31,298 nt of DNA from a candidate division FCPU426 bacterium (GTDB lineage Bacteria; Oederibacteriota; JAAXVQ01; JAUVAV01). Location of the stretch: assembly GCA_030637655.1 (NCBI GenBank), contig DAOWGI010000026.1, positions 1-31,298 on the forward strand, given 5' to 3'. This document shows, piece after piece, positions 1 through 9,995 of the stretch. A program made the position numbers and the translations under genes. The notes below the pieces were generated by a model. That model ran no database searches. It saw nothing but the letters and a program-made list of their open reading frames with translations, and was not told the origin of the DNA. Each line of letters starts with the position of its first letter. Position 1 is the first letter of the stretch.

Positions 1-40
1 AATCCCTAAACATTTTGGTTTTGCCTTATTCAAAATTTGT

Positions 41-68
41 TTCGAATTTCGATATTCGTGCTTCGTAT
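41..68. repeat. Heptamer tandem array (TTCGnnn)x4, probably one arm of a hairpin repeat truncated by the window edge
   Basis: ttcgaat-ttcgata-ttcgtgc-ttcgtat, just downstream of the MoxR stop codon. Confidence 0.5.
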
Positions 69-84
69 TTGCCTTTTGCTTTCA

Positions 85-1074
85 CTATGGTATTTCCACT
101 TTTTCCAAGATCTTGCTCACCAGCAGTTCTGCGGTAACCTCTTCCGCCTCTGCCTCATAGGTCAGAATTAACCGGTGCTGCAATACGTCCATCGCAATGG
201 CATGTACATCCTCCGGAGCCACGTAGCCTCGTCTATGCAAGAAGGCATGCGCCCGGGCGGCTTGGGACATAAACAAAGACGCGCGCGGCGAAGCACCGTA
301 CTGGATGTGCGGTTTCATCTCTGCCAAGCCGAATTGTTCCGGCTGCCGGGTGGCCATCACGAGGGTCACAATGTATTGCTCAATTTTTTCATCCATATAG
401 CACTCACCCAGCACTTGCCTCGCTCTGAGAATTTGGTCAGGTGTGGCTTTGGGCTGCACTTCCACGGGTTTACCACGTGCGTGCCGGCGTACAATGTCCA
501 ACTCCTCGTGCATGACCGGGTAATCCACCTTGATTTTCAACATAAAACGATCGATCTGCGCTTCCGGTAAGGGATAGGTTCCTTCCTGCTCAATCGGGTT
601 CTGGGTAGCCATCACCAAGAATGGTTCTTCCAGGGGATAGGTAGTATCCCCAATGGTGACCTGCCGCTCCTGCATGGCTTCTAAAAGCGCGCTCTGCACT
701 TTAGCGGGTGCCCGGTTGATTTCATCAGCCAGAATCAGATTGGCAAAAACCGGACCATGCTTGGGAATGAATTCCTGTTTCTTTTGATCAAAGATAAGGG
801 TGCCTAAAATATCCGCCGGCAACAAATCCGGAGTAAATTGTATACGTTGGAAACTGGTACAAATAGTCGCTGCCAGGGTTTTCACAGCCAAGGTTTTGGC
901 CAGACCTGGTACTCCTTCAATAAGAATATGTCCGTTGGCCAGCAGGCCGATTAACATGCGTTCGATCATGACTGGTTGTCCAACAATGACTTTTTCCATT
1001 TCTGCGCGTATATCTTCCATAAAAGCGCTCTCGTTTCTTATCCGTTCGTTTGTTTTCTGAATATTTTTATTCAT
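85..1074 (-). CDS. MoxR family AAA+ ATPase
   Basis: HILIEGVPGLAKT (Walker A), RIQFTPDLLPADI, LADEINRAPAKVQSALLEAM (Walker B), ATQNPIEQEGTYPLPEAQIDRF, GASPRAS. Confidence 0.95.
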   Translation of the reverse strand: MNKNIQKTNERIRNESAFMEDIRAEMEKVIVGQPVMIERMLIGLLANGHILIEGVPGLAKTLAVKTLAATICTSFQRIQFTPDLLPADILGTLIFDQKKQEFIPKHGPVFANLILADEINRAPAKVQSALLEAMQERQVTIGDTTYPLEEPFLVMATQNPIEQEGTYPLPEAQIDRFMLKIKVDYPVMHEELDIVRRHARGKPVEVQPKATPDQILRARQVLGECYMDEKIEQYIVTLVMATRQPEQFGLAEMKPHIQYGASPRASLFMSQAARAHAFLHRRGYVAPEDVHAIAMDVLQHRLILTYEAEAEEVTAELLVSKILEKVEIP

Positions 1075-1099
1075 ACCAAAACTCCATTATATTGCTTTA

Positions 1100-2236
1100 T
1101 CATTTCATCAATTCCATTTTTTGCCGGACTTTTTTAATGTTTTCCCGGGCTTTTTTATTTTGGGGATCAATGTCCAAAACCAATTCCCAGGCTTGGAGCG
1201 CTTTGGTATAATAGCCTTTGGCATAGACTTTGACGCCCTTGCGATAAATCTCGTCCACAATTCCCTTGTTTTCGCGCTTGATTTTTTCCCAAGCCTCCAA
1301 TGCTTCTTCGTTGGTGGGGTCAATGTTCACGATATCACGCAAAGCGCTCAAGGCTCCCATCGTGTCTCCCTTGGATTGGGCCAACGCTGCTTCACGTTTG
1401 GCTTTTTTGACTTTCACAGCATGGCGTTTTTTCGCTACATTTAATTTGTGCTGGGCTTCACGATGTTCCGGCTCAAATTCCAGAATCAATTCAAATTCCT
1501 TGATCGCTGTGGAATACTCCCCGTGATCCATCATTTGACAGCCCTGCAAGTAATGCTTTTGAATAGCGGCACGAATAGATTGTTGCGCTTTGGAAGATCG
1601 TTGCTGTCTGGACGCGGGAACTTTATACCTTGAAGTCATATCCACAGGTTGATACGCCGGCAAAGCTTTGCTGCCAGCTGCGGTGACTGCCGGCGGTAAC
1701 GGCGCTAAGGTGCGTTGCGCTTGCACACCCCGCAGGGCTTCTTTGGCTTCCGGATACCCGGGAATAATTCGAATGGCCTCTTTGTACTCTGCGGCCGCTT
1801 CCAGGGGGGTGTTCTCGCGTTCGTACTTGCGGCCACGCTTATAGTGGTCCTTGGCTTCCTTGACCAGTGCTTCAAGTGTGTTCTCTTTCGAACTGGTTTG
1901 GAATCTTCTCTGCCGCGCCAAATCACGTTTGGCCCAGACTAAAACACGCCGCGCTTTGATCATGTCCGGATTTAAAGCCAGCGCTCGCTGATACTCACGT
2001 ATGGCTTTGTGGTATTTCTGATCCGTTTGATATTTTTTGCCCAGCTTAAAGTGCTTAAGCGCTTTTTGCTTTTGCTGATTGCGTTCTTCTTCGCTCTCGT
2101 CCTCTTCGACGGCGCTCTCCCAACCGGTGTTGTCTTCGTATTCATACTCTGCTGCCGGAATTAAATTGGCTCCCGGCCCGATCAGGGTTATACAAATCAT
2201 TAAACAAAAAAAATTTATAAAAAAATTATTGAACAT
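1100..2236 (-). CDS. Tetratricopeptide repeat protein with N-terminal signal/anchor
   Basis: Several TPR-like units (KAIREYQRALALNP, AIKEFELILEFEP, ALQAWELVLDIDP). Start moved from 2305 to ATG 2236, which has a GAGG RBS and is followed by a hydrophobic segment. Confidence 0.8.
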   Translation of the reverse strand: MFNNFFINFFCLMICITLIGPGANLIPAAEYEYEDNTGWESAVEEDESEEERNQQKQKALKHFKLGKKYQTDQKYHKAIREYQRALALNPDMIKARRVLVWAKRDLARQRRFQTSSKENTLEALVKEAKDHYKRGRKYERENTPLEAAAEYKEAIRIIPGYPEAKEALRGVQAQRTLAPLPPAVTAAGSKALPAYQPVDMTSRYKVPASRQQRSSKAQQSIRAAIQKHYLQGCQMMDHGEYSTAIKEFELILEFEPEHREAQHKLNVAKKRHAVKVKKAKREAALAQSKGDTMGALSALRDIVNIDPTNEEALEAWEKIKRENKGIVDEIYRKGVKVYAKGYYTKALQAWELVLDIDPQNKKARENIKKVRQKMELMK

Positions 2237-2298
2237 TTTATTCCTCATCCGCGGCTTCAACCCGTGAATATAAAAGGTGTGTTTTATCTGTCCTGAGT

Positions 2299-3624
2299 TT
2301 ACCACCCGCGCTTATCAGCGTCAATTATTGTATTCAAGGGCGGTCTTGGCTCTGAGGGTGAAAATGTGAATATGCGCAAAGTGCCACTGGAATAATTTCC
2401 TACCCAGGCTTCATAGCGGTCCTGGTCCTGGAAAACTGCAACTGCCACAGGATGGCTTTGGGAAGACCAGGTACCTAAACAAACCAGGTCGCTGGTTCTA
2501 AATACCTGCAGGGCGTTCCCCTTGTAACAGGTCGCAAATAACAACTGCGCATCATATGAAAGTACTATGGTTCGGGGCTGTGGTTTGGTCTGCGCTTTGG
2601 CAACCATCCGGTTTTCCGATAAATCATATTTTTTAAGTTGAGCTGAACGATTCAGGGATAAGTACAGAACTTCATCCTTTACTACCACGTGACGCGGATT
2701 AGTCCCAACGCTTATCCGCTGCTTTTCTTTCCAGTCCGGTATGCCGTATTTACTGATATAACTGCTTCCCATCTGAGAAATAAATAGGGAACCGGAATCC
2801 GGTGTTACTGCCAAGCCTCGGGGAATTGGAAAGTGTCCCAATTGCTTGATCACTGACCAGTCTTTGGCTTCTGAGCTTTGAATGTCAATTACGCTCACTG
2901 TGCCGGAATGCCAATTGGAAACAAACAAGTACTTGTTGTCAGGTGTGGCGGTAATCACTTTTGGTGTTGCGCCGGTCTTAATCCACAGCAAGCGTACGCG
3001 CTGCTTGTGCCAGTTTGCCGCTTTCGGATTTCCGACATAGGGCAGAAGTGTATATAAAAACGCGTCCTTAAAAGGACGCCCGTCCACTGCTGTATCCAGA
3101 CCGCGCAGATCCCATACGACCACGCCGCCGGCATTATGCAATGATATCCATAGATACCTGTCTTGGTGTGTGAAATGCGCTTCAACCGGCTTTTCCTGAA
3201 ACGAACGGATCCGGCGCTTGGTCCGGTAATTAAAACCCGTTCCCCGGTGAGGTACGAATACCAGTTTGCGTTCCAACCGTCGCGCGCTGCGGGCATATTC
3301 ATATACGCTCATTCCCTCCAAGTTGACCGAATAAACACGGCTGCCATCCTGATTGAGCACCACAGCTTTAACGCCCGTAGCGGCTGCTAAAGTTTCTTCC
3401 TGAACAGACTCTAAAGCTGATATTGGTGTCCTGCACGGGGTTGGTACGGGGCTGGACGCGGGAGCGCTTTTGGGAATAATTTGTTGTACCGGCGCGGGCG
3501 TAACCGGCTCAATCTGCTGAGCCGGCAGACCGGCACAGCCGGTGAGTCCAAGGAGTAAAAGATAGCTCGCGAGGAAGAGCCAACTACCGGCTGTTGCTTT
3601 TCTCCGGTTAAAGATCATAACCAT
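2299..3624 (-). CDS. YncE/YVTN-type beta-propeller lipoprotein
   Basis: Lipobox LLLLGLTG-C, Pro-rich linker, repeats such as TGATPKVITATPDNKYLFVSN, PRGLAVTPDSGSLFIS, VGTNPRHVVV. Start uncertain: 3624 chosen because the 3657 start lies inside a REP-like palindrome. Confidence 0.75.
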   Translation of the reverse strand: MVMIFNRRKATAGSWLFLASYLLLLGLTGCAGLPAQQIEPVTPAPVQQIIPKSAPASSPVPTPCRTPISALESVQEETLAAATGVKAVVLNQDGSRVYSVNLEGMSVYEYARSARRLERKLVFVPHRGTGFNYRTKRRIRSFQEKPVEAHFTHQDRYLWISLHNAGGVVVWDLRGLDTAVDGRPFKDAFLYTLLPYVGNPKAANWHKQRVRLLWIKTGATPKVITATPDNKYLFVSNWHSGTVSVIDIQSSEAKDWSVIKQLGHFPIPRGLAVTPDSGSLFISQMGSSYISKYGIPDWKEKQRISVGTNPRHVVVKDEVLYLSLNRSAQLKKYDLSENRMVAKAQTKPQPRTIVLSYDAQLLFATCYKGNALQVFRTSDLVCLGTWSSQSHPVAVAVFQDQDRYEAWVGNYSSGTLRIFTFSPSEPRPPLNTIIDADKRGW

Positions 3625-3648
3625 TCGGTCTTGAACGGTCCGAGGAAA

Positions 3649-3675
3649 ATAGGGCACAGCGCGTTGTGCCCCAAC
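3649..3675. repeat. Degenerate GTAG-type REP-like palindrome
   Basis: atagggcacagcgcgttgtgccccaac; same design as the GTAG...CTAC palindromes at 16764, 22601 and 24266 but with decayed ends. Confidence 0.45.
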
Positions 3676-3702
3676 CCTTGGATTTGTGTCTTTTTATATT
3701 CA

Positions 3703-6090
3703 TTACAGCTTATCATCCATATCTTCAATATCACTTAACAATTTATTTAAATTGTCATCCCCACCCGGCAGGTTCGGTTGCTCAGTCGTTTTCTCAGTTG
3801 TCGGAGAATTCGAATCATCGTATTCATCCATCTTGCCCATAAACGAGGTTAAATCATAGGGAGACTCATTATACGTGCTGGTTTGGGCTGCGGCTGTCTC
3901 CGGGCTTTCTACGGGTTTGACTTCATAACGTTCCAAGGTGTTTGTTTCCGGTTCCGGTACACTGTTGGCAGTGAACTCTTCGGTTCTGGAGAGTGTAACC
4001 ACAGTCTCGTTTCCTTTGTCCGGCAGGCCGCGCAGGGTAACCGTACTCTGATGTAAATCCAGAATACGCCGAATGATCGGAAAACGCAATCCGGTCCCGG
4101 CAATATCCGGTCCGACCTTGGAATCAGAATCATGAAATTCAGAAAATACGATTTCAGCTTGCCGGGGATCCAGCGGTTGTCCTTCGTCTCTGATTTTTAC
4201 CACAATATCAGTCATGGTCTCTGTTCCGGTAATAATCACCTCACCCCCGACCGGTGTAATCTTCACCGCGTGTTGTACCAGAGTAATAAAGACCTGTCCC
4301 ACACGGTCGCTATCAATCATAACCGACGGCAACGGAGTTTGCATTTCTTGGATAATTTTTACTTGCTTGTTATCCGCTTGGGGTTGGCTGTTTAAAACTA
4401 CGTCCTGAATCATGGAAACCACATCTGTTTTAGCGCGGCAAATATGAATCACACCGCTTTCCATATGTGAAATCTCCAAAAGATCGTTAAACTGTCTTTC
4501 CAAACGGGCGCTTTTGTTAATCACCAATCCCAAAAATTCTTGTTGGGTGTCTGTGATCTTTCCATTTTCCGAAGAAAGAATAGAGGAAATATAATTTTTG
4601 ATTACCATCAGCGTAGACTTCAAATCATCAGATATGCCGAAAATCGCTTCAATGCGCAGCTTTCCCTCTTCTTTAACGGAAGCCATTAGCGCCTCGGCTT
4701 GCGCCGTAGCGTCTGAAGGTGTTGGTAGTGGCGCTTCGGATTCCGGAGCAAGCGCGGCCGCCGCCTGGGCGGACTCCAGGGATTGGTTTAATTCCTGAGT
4801 GTACATTGTTAACTCTTCTATCTTTTGGCTGAGCTCCTGGTTTTGAACTAAGGCCCGGTCATAGGTCTGATGCAATTCATCCAATTCGCTTTTCATCTGC
4901 GTTAGGGCCTGAGCCGTGCGAGCTGCTTCCTCTGCCTCCAGGTTATCATAAGCGGTCCCCCCGGGTTGCGCTGGACGCGCTTGCACGCGTTCCACCATCT
5001 GGTTGATTAAATCCGTGAGCTTCTCCCACTCCCCGCCACTGGGCGCTTGCACGTATTGCAGCTCTTCTCCGGTTTGAAGCATACCCAACAATTGGCGGTT
5101 CACTTTTTTCACACCACTAGGCGACCCCCCGCTAAAGAAAAACATCAGGATCAAACTTAATAGCGCAATGCCGCTCAAGCCGATAATAATCACCGGATCC
5201 TTCAGCACTGCTTCACTGGCAAAGTTGGACCCAACCACGCGATCAGTGCCAAGCACTTCGAGCAGAGTAAATATTTTCAGCTTGGACACCCGCGTTGGCC
5301 TGCTGACCAAAATATAACTGGTGTTTTCCCATTTGGCTTTAAACTGCCGGGCTTCCGGCTTTTTTAACAGCGCTTCCATGGTTTGTAAATTTTTACCCAA
5401 CAACGCGCCTATATTTTTAGGAAATTTTTCTTTAGGGCCTTGGGTCAAACGTTGCCCCTGGTTGGTGACCACCATGGTTTTAAAGCCGCCTTTAGGCGTT
5501 ATTTTTTTCATATCCTCTTTCGTAAACGCAACCTCCGCCTGGAGTACTCCCAGAAAAACGCCGCGATCCGAGAGACAGGGAATGGTAAACTGCAAGCGCG
5601 CCAGTCCTGAGGCTTGTTCTATAAAATGAATGGCTGTTTTCCGAAGTGAGGATGCTTCCTTAAAGGCTGGTGTGGGAGCAATTGTTGAGAGCGGTTTCTT
5701 TTTCCAGGTCCAGGTTTGCACAACGCCTTTCTCATTGGTCAGTAAAGCGCCGGTCCAATATTTATATTTTTTTGCTGCCTGTAGCATGACCTGTTTTTTG
5801 GAATTCCAAGCAGCGGCTTTACGTAAGGTCTTTTTGTCAGCTACCGCCTCAATTTGTTTTTGGCGCTGTGTAATGAGTTGATTAAAGCGAACAACGGTTT
5901 GTTTGGCCGCGACTAAAACTTGCGCGCCTTTATCTTCCTCAAAACGTTGCAATTCCATCTCATTAAGGCGGTTTTGCAACATTTGAACTGATTCGGATTT
6001 GACTTGGTCCTGGTAGTAAAATAATGCCGTAGTCCCGGCCAAGGCCAATATCAAGACAAAACTCGCTCCAATCCAGGCCTTAAATTTCAC
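3703..6090 (-). CDS. Membrane-anchored sensor histidine-kinase-like protein with degenerate catalytic motifs (probable pseudokinase)
   Basis: Two TM segments around an extracytoplasmic domain, HAMP-like region, coiled coil, DHp-like ISDDLKSTL (no His), HATPase-like region with TLVQHAVK, DEGQPL, GTGLRFPI, acidic C-terminal tail. Confidence 0.75.
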   Translation of the reverse strand: MKFKAWIGASFVLILALAGTTALFYYQDQVKSESVQMLQNRLNEMELQRFEEDKGAQVLVAAKQTVVRFNQLITQRQKQIEAVADKKTLRKAAAWNSKKQVMLQAAKKYKYWTGALLTNEKGVVQTWTWKKKPLSTIAPTPAFKEASSLRKTAIHFIEQASGLARLQFTIPCLSDRGVFLGVLQAEVAFTKEDMKKITPKGGFKTMVVTNQGQRLTQGPKEKFPKNIGALLGKNLQTMEALLKKPEARQFKAKWENTSYILVSRPTRVSKLKIFTLLEVLGTDRVVGSNFASEAVLKDPVIIIGLSGIALLSLILMFFFSGGSPSGVKKVNRQLLGMLQTGEELQYVQAPSGGEWEKLTDLINQMVERVQARPAQPGGTAYDNLEAEEAARTAQALTQMKSELDELHQTYDRALVQNQELSQKIEELTMYTQELNQSLESAQAAAALAPESEAPLPTPSDATAQAEALMASVKEEGKLRIEAIFGISDDLKSTLMVIKNYISSILSSENGKITDTQQEFLGLVINKSARLERQFNDLLEISHMESGVIHICRAKTDVVSMIQDVVLNSQPQADNKQVKIIQEMQTPLPSVMIDSDRVGQVFITLVQHAVKITPVGGEVIITGTETMTDIVVKIRDEGQPLDPRQAEIVFSEFHDSDSKVGPDIAGTGLRFPIIRRILDLHQSTVTLRGLPDKGNETVVTLSRTEEFTANSVPEPETNTLERYEVKPVESPETAAAQTSTYNESPYDLTSFMGKMDEYDDSNSPTTEKTTEQPNLPGGDDNLNKLLSDIEDMDDKL

Positions 6091-6150
6091 GGCCCCTCCC
6101 CCTTTTTTAAAGACTGTGTTGCCCTGCCAAAAATGAAGACAAGCAAGACT

Positions 6151-6182
6151 AAAATACCACAGGCATGCGCCTGTGGTATTTT
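6151..6182 (-). terminator. Hairpin at the gyrA stop; probable intrinsic terminator
   Basis: Perfect 14-bp stem aaaataccacaggc / gcctgtggtatttt with 4-nt loop, overlapping the gyrA TAA; only a short T-run. Confidence 0.55.
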
Positions 6183-8631
6183 ATATTTGTGGATCTTTTT
6201 CCTCGTCTTTGATTGCTACTCTGGCAACAGCGCTAACATAATCTGTTGGAGACATGCGAATCACCCGCACACCCTGAGCATTACGTCCCACCATGTTGAT
6301 GTGCTTCAATGGTGTCCTGATCAAGGTTCCGGTCGAAGTGATCATCATCAATTCGTCCGCATCCGAAACCGACATAATGGTAACGACTTTTCCGTTGCGG
6401 TCGGTTTTCTTAATATTGAGCAGACCTTGTCCGCCACGGCTTTGCCGACGATAGGCGTCCAATTTAGTGCGTTTGCCAAAACCTTTGGTGGTAACCGTCA
6501 ACAAGCTCTGCTCTTTCGAGGTAATTTGCATACCCACCACTTTGTCTTTGTTCTTCAGGGAAATTCCCCTGACACCCTTTCCGGTTCGACCGATTTCACG
6601 GATGCTTACTACGGAAAAACGAATCGCTTTACCCAGTTGGGTGGCAATGACCAGATCCCTCTCATCCGTGGTTTCCAACACCTGGATGAGATTGTCGCCT
6701 GCGCTTACGGTTAAGGCAATAATACCACCTGCTCGAGGATTTGAATAGGCGGTTAAGCGTGTTTTTTTTATCAGGCCTTGTTCGCTTGCCATGACTAAAA
6801 AGCGGTCTTCGCTAAATTCTTTGACCGGAACAATAGCTGCAACGGTTTCGTTCTGTTGCAAACGAACCAAGTTGATAATCGCTTTGCCGCGCGAAGCGCG
6901 TGCCGCTTCCGGAATTTCGTACACCTTCAGCCAATAGCAGCGTCCCTGGTTGGTAAAGAATAAAATATAATGATGCGTGGAAGCGACAAACAGGTGTTCC
7001 ACAAAATCATCGTCCTTGCTTCCCATACCCATAACGCCTCGACCGCCGCGTCGTTGCGCGCGATAGGTGGAAACCGGCAAGCGTTTGATGTATCCTTTGT
7101 GAGAAATGGTAATCACCATATCTTCTTCTTCTATTAAATCCTCGACCGAGATGTCCTGCAAAGCGCCGATGATCTCGGTTCGCCGGATGTCGCCATATTT
7201 TTTTTTGATCTCTTCCAATTCTTCAACCACAATGGCCAACACCTTGCGCTCACTGGCTAAAATGGTGCGCAAGCGCTGAATAGTTTTGAGCAGTTCAAGA
7301 TATTCGTCATCGATTTTTTTACTTTCCAAACTGGTCAATTGATGTAGGCGCATATCCAAAATAGCTTGAGCTTGTATGGCTGATAATTTAAAATTCTTTA
7401 TTAACTCCGCTTTAGCCGCTGGAACCGTGGCTGAGGCCCGGATAATACGGATCACTTTATCCAAAAATTCCAGAGCTATTTTTAAGCCTTCCAAAATATG
7501 AGCTCTATTTTCCGCCTTGGCCAGCTCAAATTTCGTCCGCCGCACCACTACTTCGCGGCGATGTTCAATAAAATAATCAAGTATCTGTTTCAAATTTAAT
7601 ATTTGGGGACGTCCCCGCACCAGGGCCACGGTATTTACGCCAAAACTGGTGCGCAGTTGCGTGTATTTGAATAGATTGTTTAACACTATCTGGGAATTAT
7701 CATTGCGTCCTATTTCCACCACAACTCTAATTCCGTCGCGGTCTGATTCGTCACGCAGATCCGTAATGCCCTCGATTTTTTTATTTCTTACCAAATTGGC
7801 CATATTTTCAATCAAGTGCGCTTTATTTACTTGATAGGGTAATTCCGTAATTATCAAACGTTCTTTTCCATTTTTCATCTGCTCCACTTTTACCTTGGCT
7901 TGTATTTTAATGGAGCCCCGTCCTGTTTTGTAAGCCGAAAAAATTCCATCCCTTCCCAGAATATATGCCGCCGTGGGAAAATCCGGACCCTTAATGTGCT
8001 TTTTAATAAGTTGCTCGATGGTAATATCCGGATTCTGGACGCACGCCACAATTGCATCCACCACTTCGTTTAAATTATGCGGCGGAATATTGGTTGCCAT
8101 ACCAACCGCGATACCCGTAGTGCCGTTCACCAACAAATTGGGTATGCGTACCGGTAACAGCGCAGGTTCGGTAAGTGAATCATCATAGTTAGGAACAAAC
8201 GAGACAGTATCCTTATCAATATCCGCCAACATTTCAGATGAAATAGTGGAAAGGCGCGCTTCGGTATAACGCATGGCAGCCGCAGAATCTCCATCTACTG
8301 AACCAAAATTTCCCTGTCCGTCCACCAGCATATAACGCATATTAAAATTTTGAGCCATACGAACCAAAGATTCATAAATAGCGGAATCACCGTGCGGATG
8401 ATAATTACCCATTACTTCACCCACAATTTTTGCCGCCTTACGATACGGTTTATTGTGGTGCAGACTCATATCATACATACCGTACAAAATGCGACGATGC
8501 ACGGGTTTTAATCCGTCTCTCACGTCAGGTAAAGCCCGGCCGACAATAACGCTCATGGAATAGTCGAGGTAGGAATTTTTCATCTCCTCTTCAACCAGGA
8601 TTAAATGTTGTTTTTTACCTTCACTTTCCAT
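6181..8631 (-). CDS. gyrA: DNA gyrase subunit A
   Basis: RALPDVRDGLKPVHRR, HPHGDSAIY, catalytic AAMRYTE, GyrA-box QRRGGRG, C-terminal beta-pinwheel repeats. Confidence 0.98.
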   Translation of the reverse strand: MESEGKKQHLILVEEEMKNSYLDYSMSVIVGRALPDVRDGLKPVHRRILYGMYDMSLHHNKPYRKAAKIVGEVMGNYHPHGDSAIYESLVRMAQNFNMRYMLVDGQGNFGSVDGDSAAAMRYTEARLSTISSEMLADIDKDTVSFVPNYDDSLTEPALLPVRIPNLLVNGTTGIAVGMATNIPPHNLNEVVDAIVACVQNPDITIEQLIKKHIKGPDFPTAAYILGRDGIFSAYKTGRGSIKIQAKVKVEQMKNGKERLIITELPYQVNKAHLIENMANLVRNKKIEGITDLRDESDRDGIRVVVEIGRNDNSQIVLNNLFKYTQLRTSFGVNTVALVRGRPQILNLKQILDYFIEHRREVVVRRTKFELAKAENRAHILEGLKIALEFLDKVIRIIRASATVPAAKAELIKNFKLSAIQAQAILDMRLHQLTSLESKKIDDEYLELLKTIQRLRTILASERKVLAIVVEELEEIKKKYGDIRRTEIIGALQDISVEDLIEEEDMVITISHKGYIKRLPVSTYRAQRRGGRGVMGMGSKDDDFVEHLFVASTHHYILFFTNQGRCYWLKVYEIPEAARASRGKAIINLVRLQQNETVAAIVPVKEFSEDRFLVMASEQGLIKKTRLTAYSNPRAGGIIALTVSAGDNLIQVLETTDERDLVIATQLGKAIRFSVVSIREIGRTGKGVRGISLKNKDKVVGMQITSKEQSLLTVTTKGFGKRTKLDAYRRQSRGGQGLLNIKKTDRNGKVVTIMSVSDADELMMITSTGTLIRTPLKHINMVGRNAQGVRVIRMSPTDYVSAVARVAIKDEEKDPQI

Positions 8632-8660
8632 TAAAAATACTCCTCACTTAATACAAAATA

Positions 8661-9761
8661 TTAAATGCGCATGGGCATAACAATGCACACATACTTTTTA
8701 TCTTCTTCCTTTGGTGTAAAAACTCCTGGATTCAAACTGGTCGAAAGGCCGAGCACACAATCAGCAGATACAATATTTTTAAGAACATCTTGAACATATT
8801 TCGCGTTGAAAGCAACTGAAATATTCTCGCCGGTATAAGCAATATCCATTTCTTCCTGGGCTTCACCCACTTCAGGAGTATTGGCTGTGATAACCAGCTT
8901 ATTGTTACTCATCGTATATTTAACTGAGTTTGACTTATCAGAGGCCATTAAGGCAACACGGCGCGTGGCTGCTAATAAATCATTTACCGGACAATTAATG
9001 TGTTTATCCGTTTCTTTAGGAATAACTTGGTTGTAATTTGGAAACTGGCCGTCAATCAGTCGTGACATCAGCACTACTTCGGAATTGGAAAAAATTATTT
9101 GATTTTCGTTCAGTTGAATGTTGATATCACCCTCATCATCCAGAATCTTACTTAATTCTTGTAAAGCCTTTGCCGGAACAATATAATTAAATTTTTGAGG
9201 TGGAATTTTTTCCAACTTTTGTTCAATCAACGCCAAACGGTGGCCATCCGTGGAAACCATACGCATAACATCATCATCAACAGTAAAAAGAACACCGTTC
9301 AAGACATAACGGGTCTCATCGGTGGAAACAGCGAAAATGGTTTTTTTTATCATTTCGTGTAATTGTTTTTTAGAAATGCTGAAACCTTTCTCATTTTTAG
9401 TTTTAGGCAAAACAGGATAATCATCTTTGGGCAGGCCATTTATCTTGAAAAGTGATTTTTCACAGACCAGAGTAACTAAAAAATTATCCGAAACAGAAAC
9501 AGTAACATCACTATCCGGAAGTTCACGAACAATTTCAGCCAGACGCTTGGCAGGAATGGTAATACTGCCGGAAGCAATAACCTGAACGGAAATTTGACAT
9601 ATAATGGAAACTTCAAGATCAGTAGTGGTTAAACGTAGTAAATCATCTTCCAATTCAAATAAGATGTTGGATAAAATAGGCAGAGTATTTCTATGGGATA
9701 CGGCGTTTAAAACGGTTTGAATACCATGAGTTAAATCCGAGCGCTTGCATATAAATTTCAT
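8661..9761 (-). CDS. dnaN: DNA polymerase III beta sliding clamp
   Basis: TLPILSNIL, TDETRYVLNGV, STDGHRLA, SRLIDGQFPNY, IVMPMRI C-terminus; AGGAGG RBS; adjacent to dnaA. Confidence 0.98.
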   Translation of the reverse strand: MKFICKRSDLTHGIQTVLNAVSHRNTLPILSNILFELEDDLLRLTTTDLEVSIICQISVQVIASGSITIPAKRLAEIVRELPDSDVTVSVSDNFLVTLVCEKSLFKINGLPKDDYPVLPKTKNEKGFSISKKQLHEMIKKTIFAVSTDETRYVLNGVLFTVDDDVMRMVSTDGHRLALIEQKLEKIPPQKFNYIVPAKALQELSKILDDEGDINIQLNENQIIFSNSEVVLMSRLIDGQFPNYNQVIPKETDKHINCPVNDLLAATRRVALMASDKSNSVKYTMSNNKLVITANTPEVGEAQEEMDIAYTGENISVAFNAKYVQDVLKNIVSADCVLGLSTSLNPGVFTPKEEDKKYVCIVMPMRI

Positions 9762-9773
9762 AATAAAACCTCC

Positions 9774-9995
9774 TAATAAAATAAGTAGTAGATACAGTAG
9801 AGCGTGTGGATATGTTAATAAAACAAAATATGCCCAAAAAGCATAGACAAATCATAATAAAAAGCTGTTTAAAAAAAAAGCATAAACCTTAAAATTTAAA
9901 CAGAATTAACAAAATAAAGCCAGTCTAAAAAATTATAAACAAACTTTAAAAAATGTTAACAAACACAAGAAATTATTCAACAACATAAAAACAAC
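9774..9995. promoter_or_regulatory. oriC unwinding region: DnaA-trios, tandem DnaA boxes, AT-rich spacer
   Basis: Triplets taa taa aat aag tag tag ata cag tag (9774-9800), then agcg, then overlapping boxes tgtggatat (9805-9813) and tgttaataa (9813-9821); lies in the dnaA-dnaN spacer. Confidence 0.85.

Noticed and set aside
6133..6714. 193-aa ORF antisense to gyrA, and the many other short overlapping ORFs in the track
   Set aside because: They are shadow frames of well-conserved genes with no recognisable motifs.
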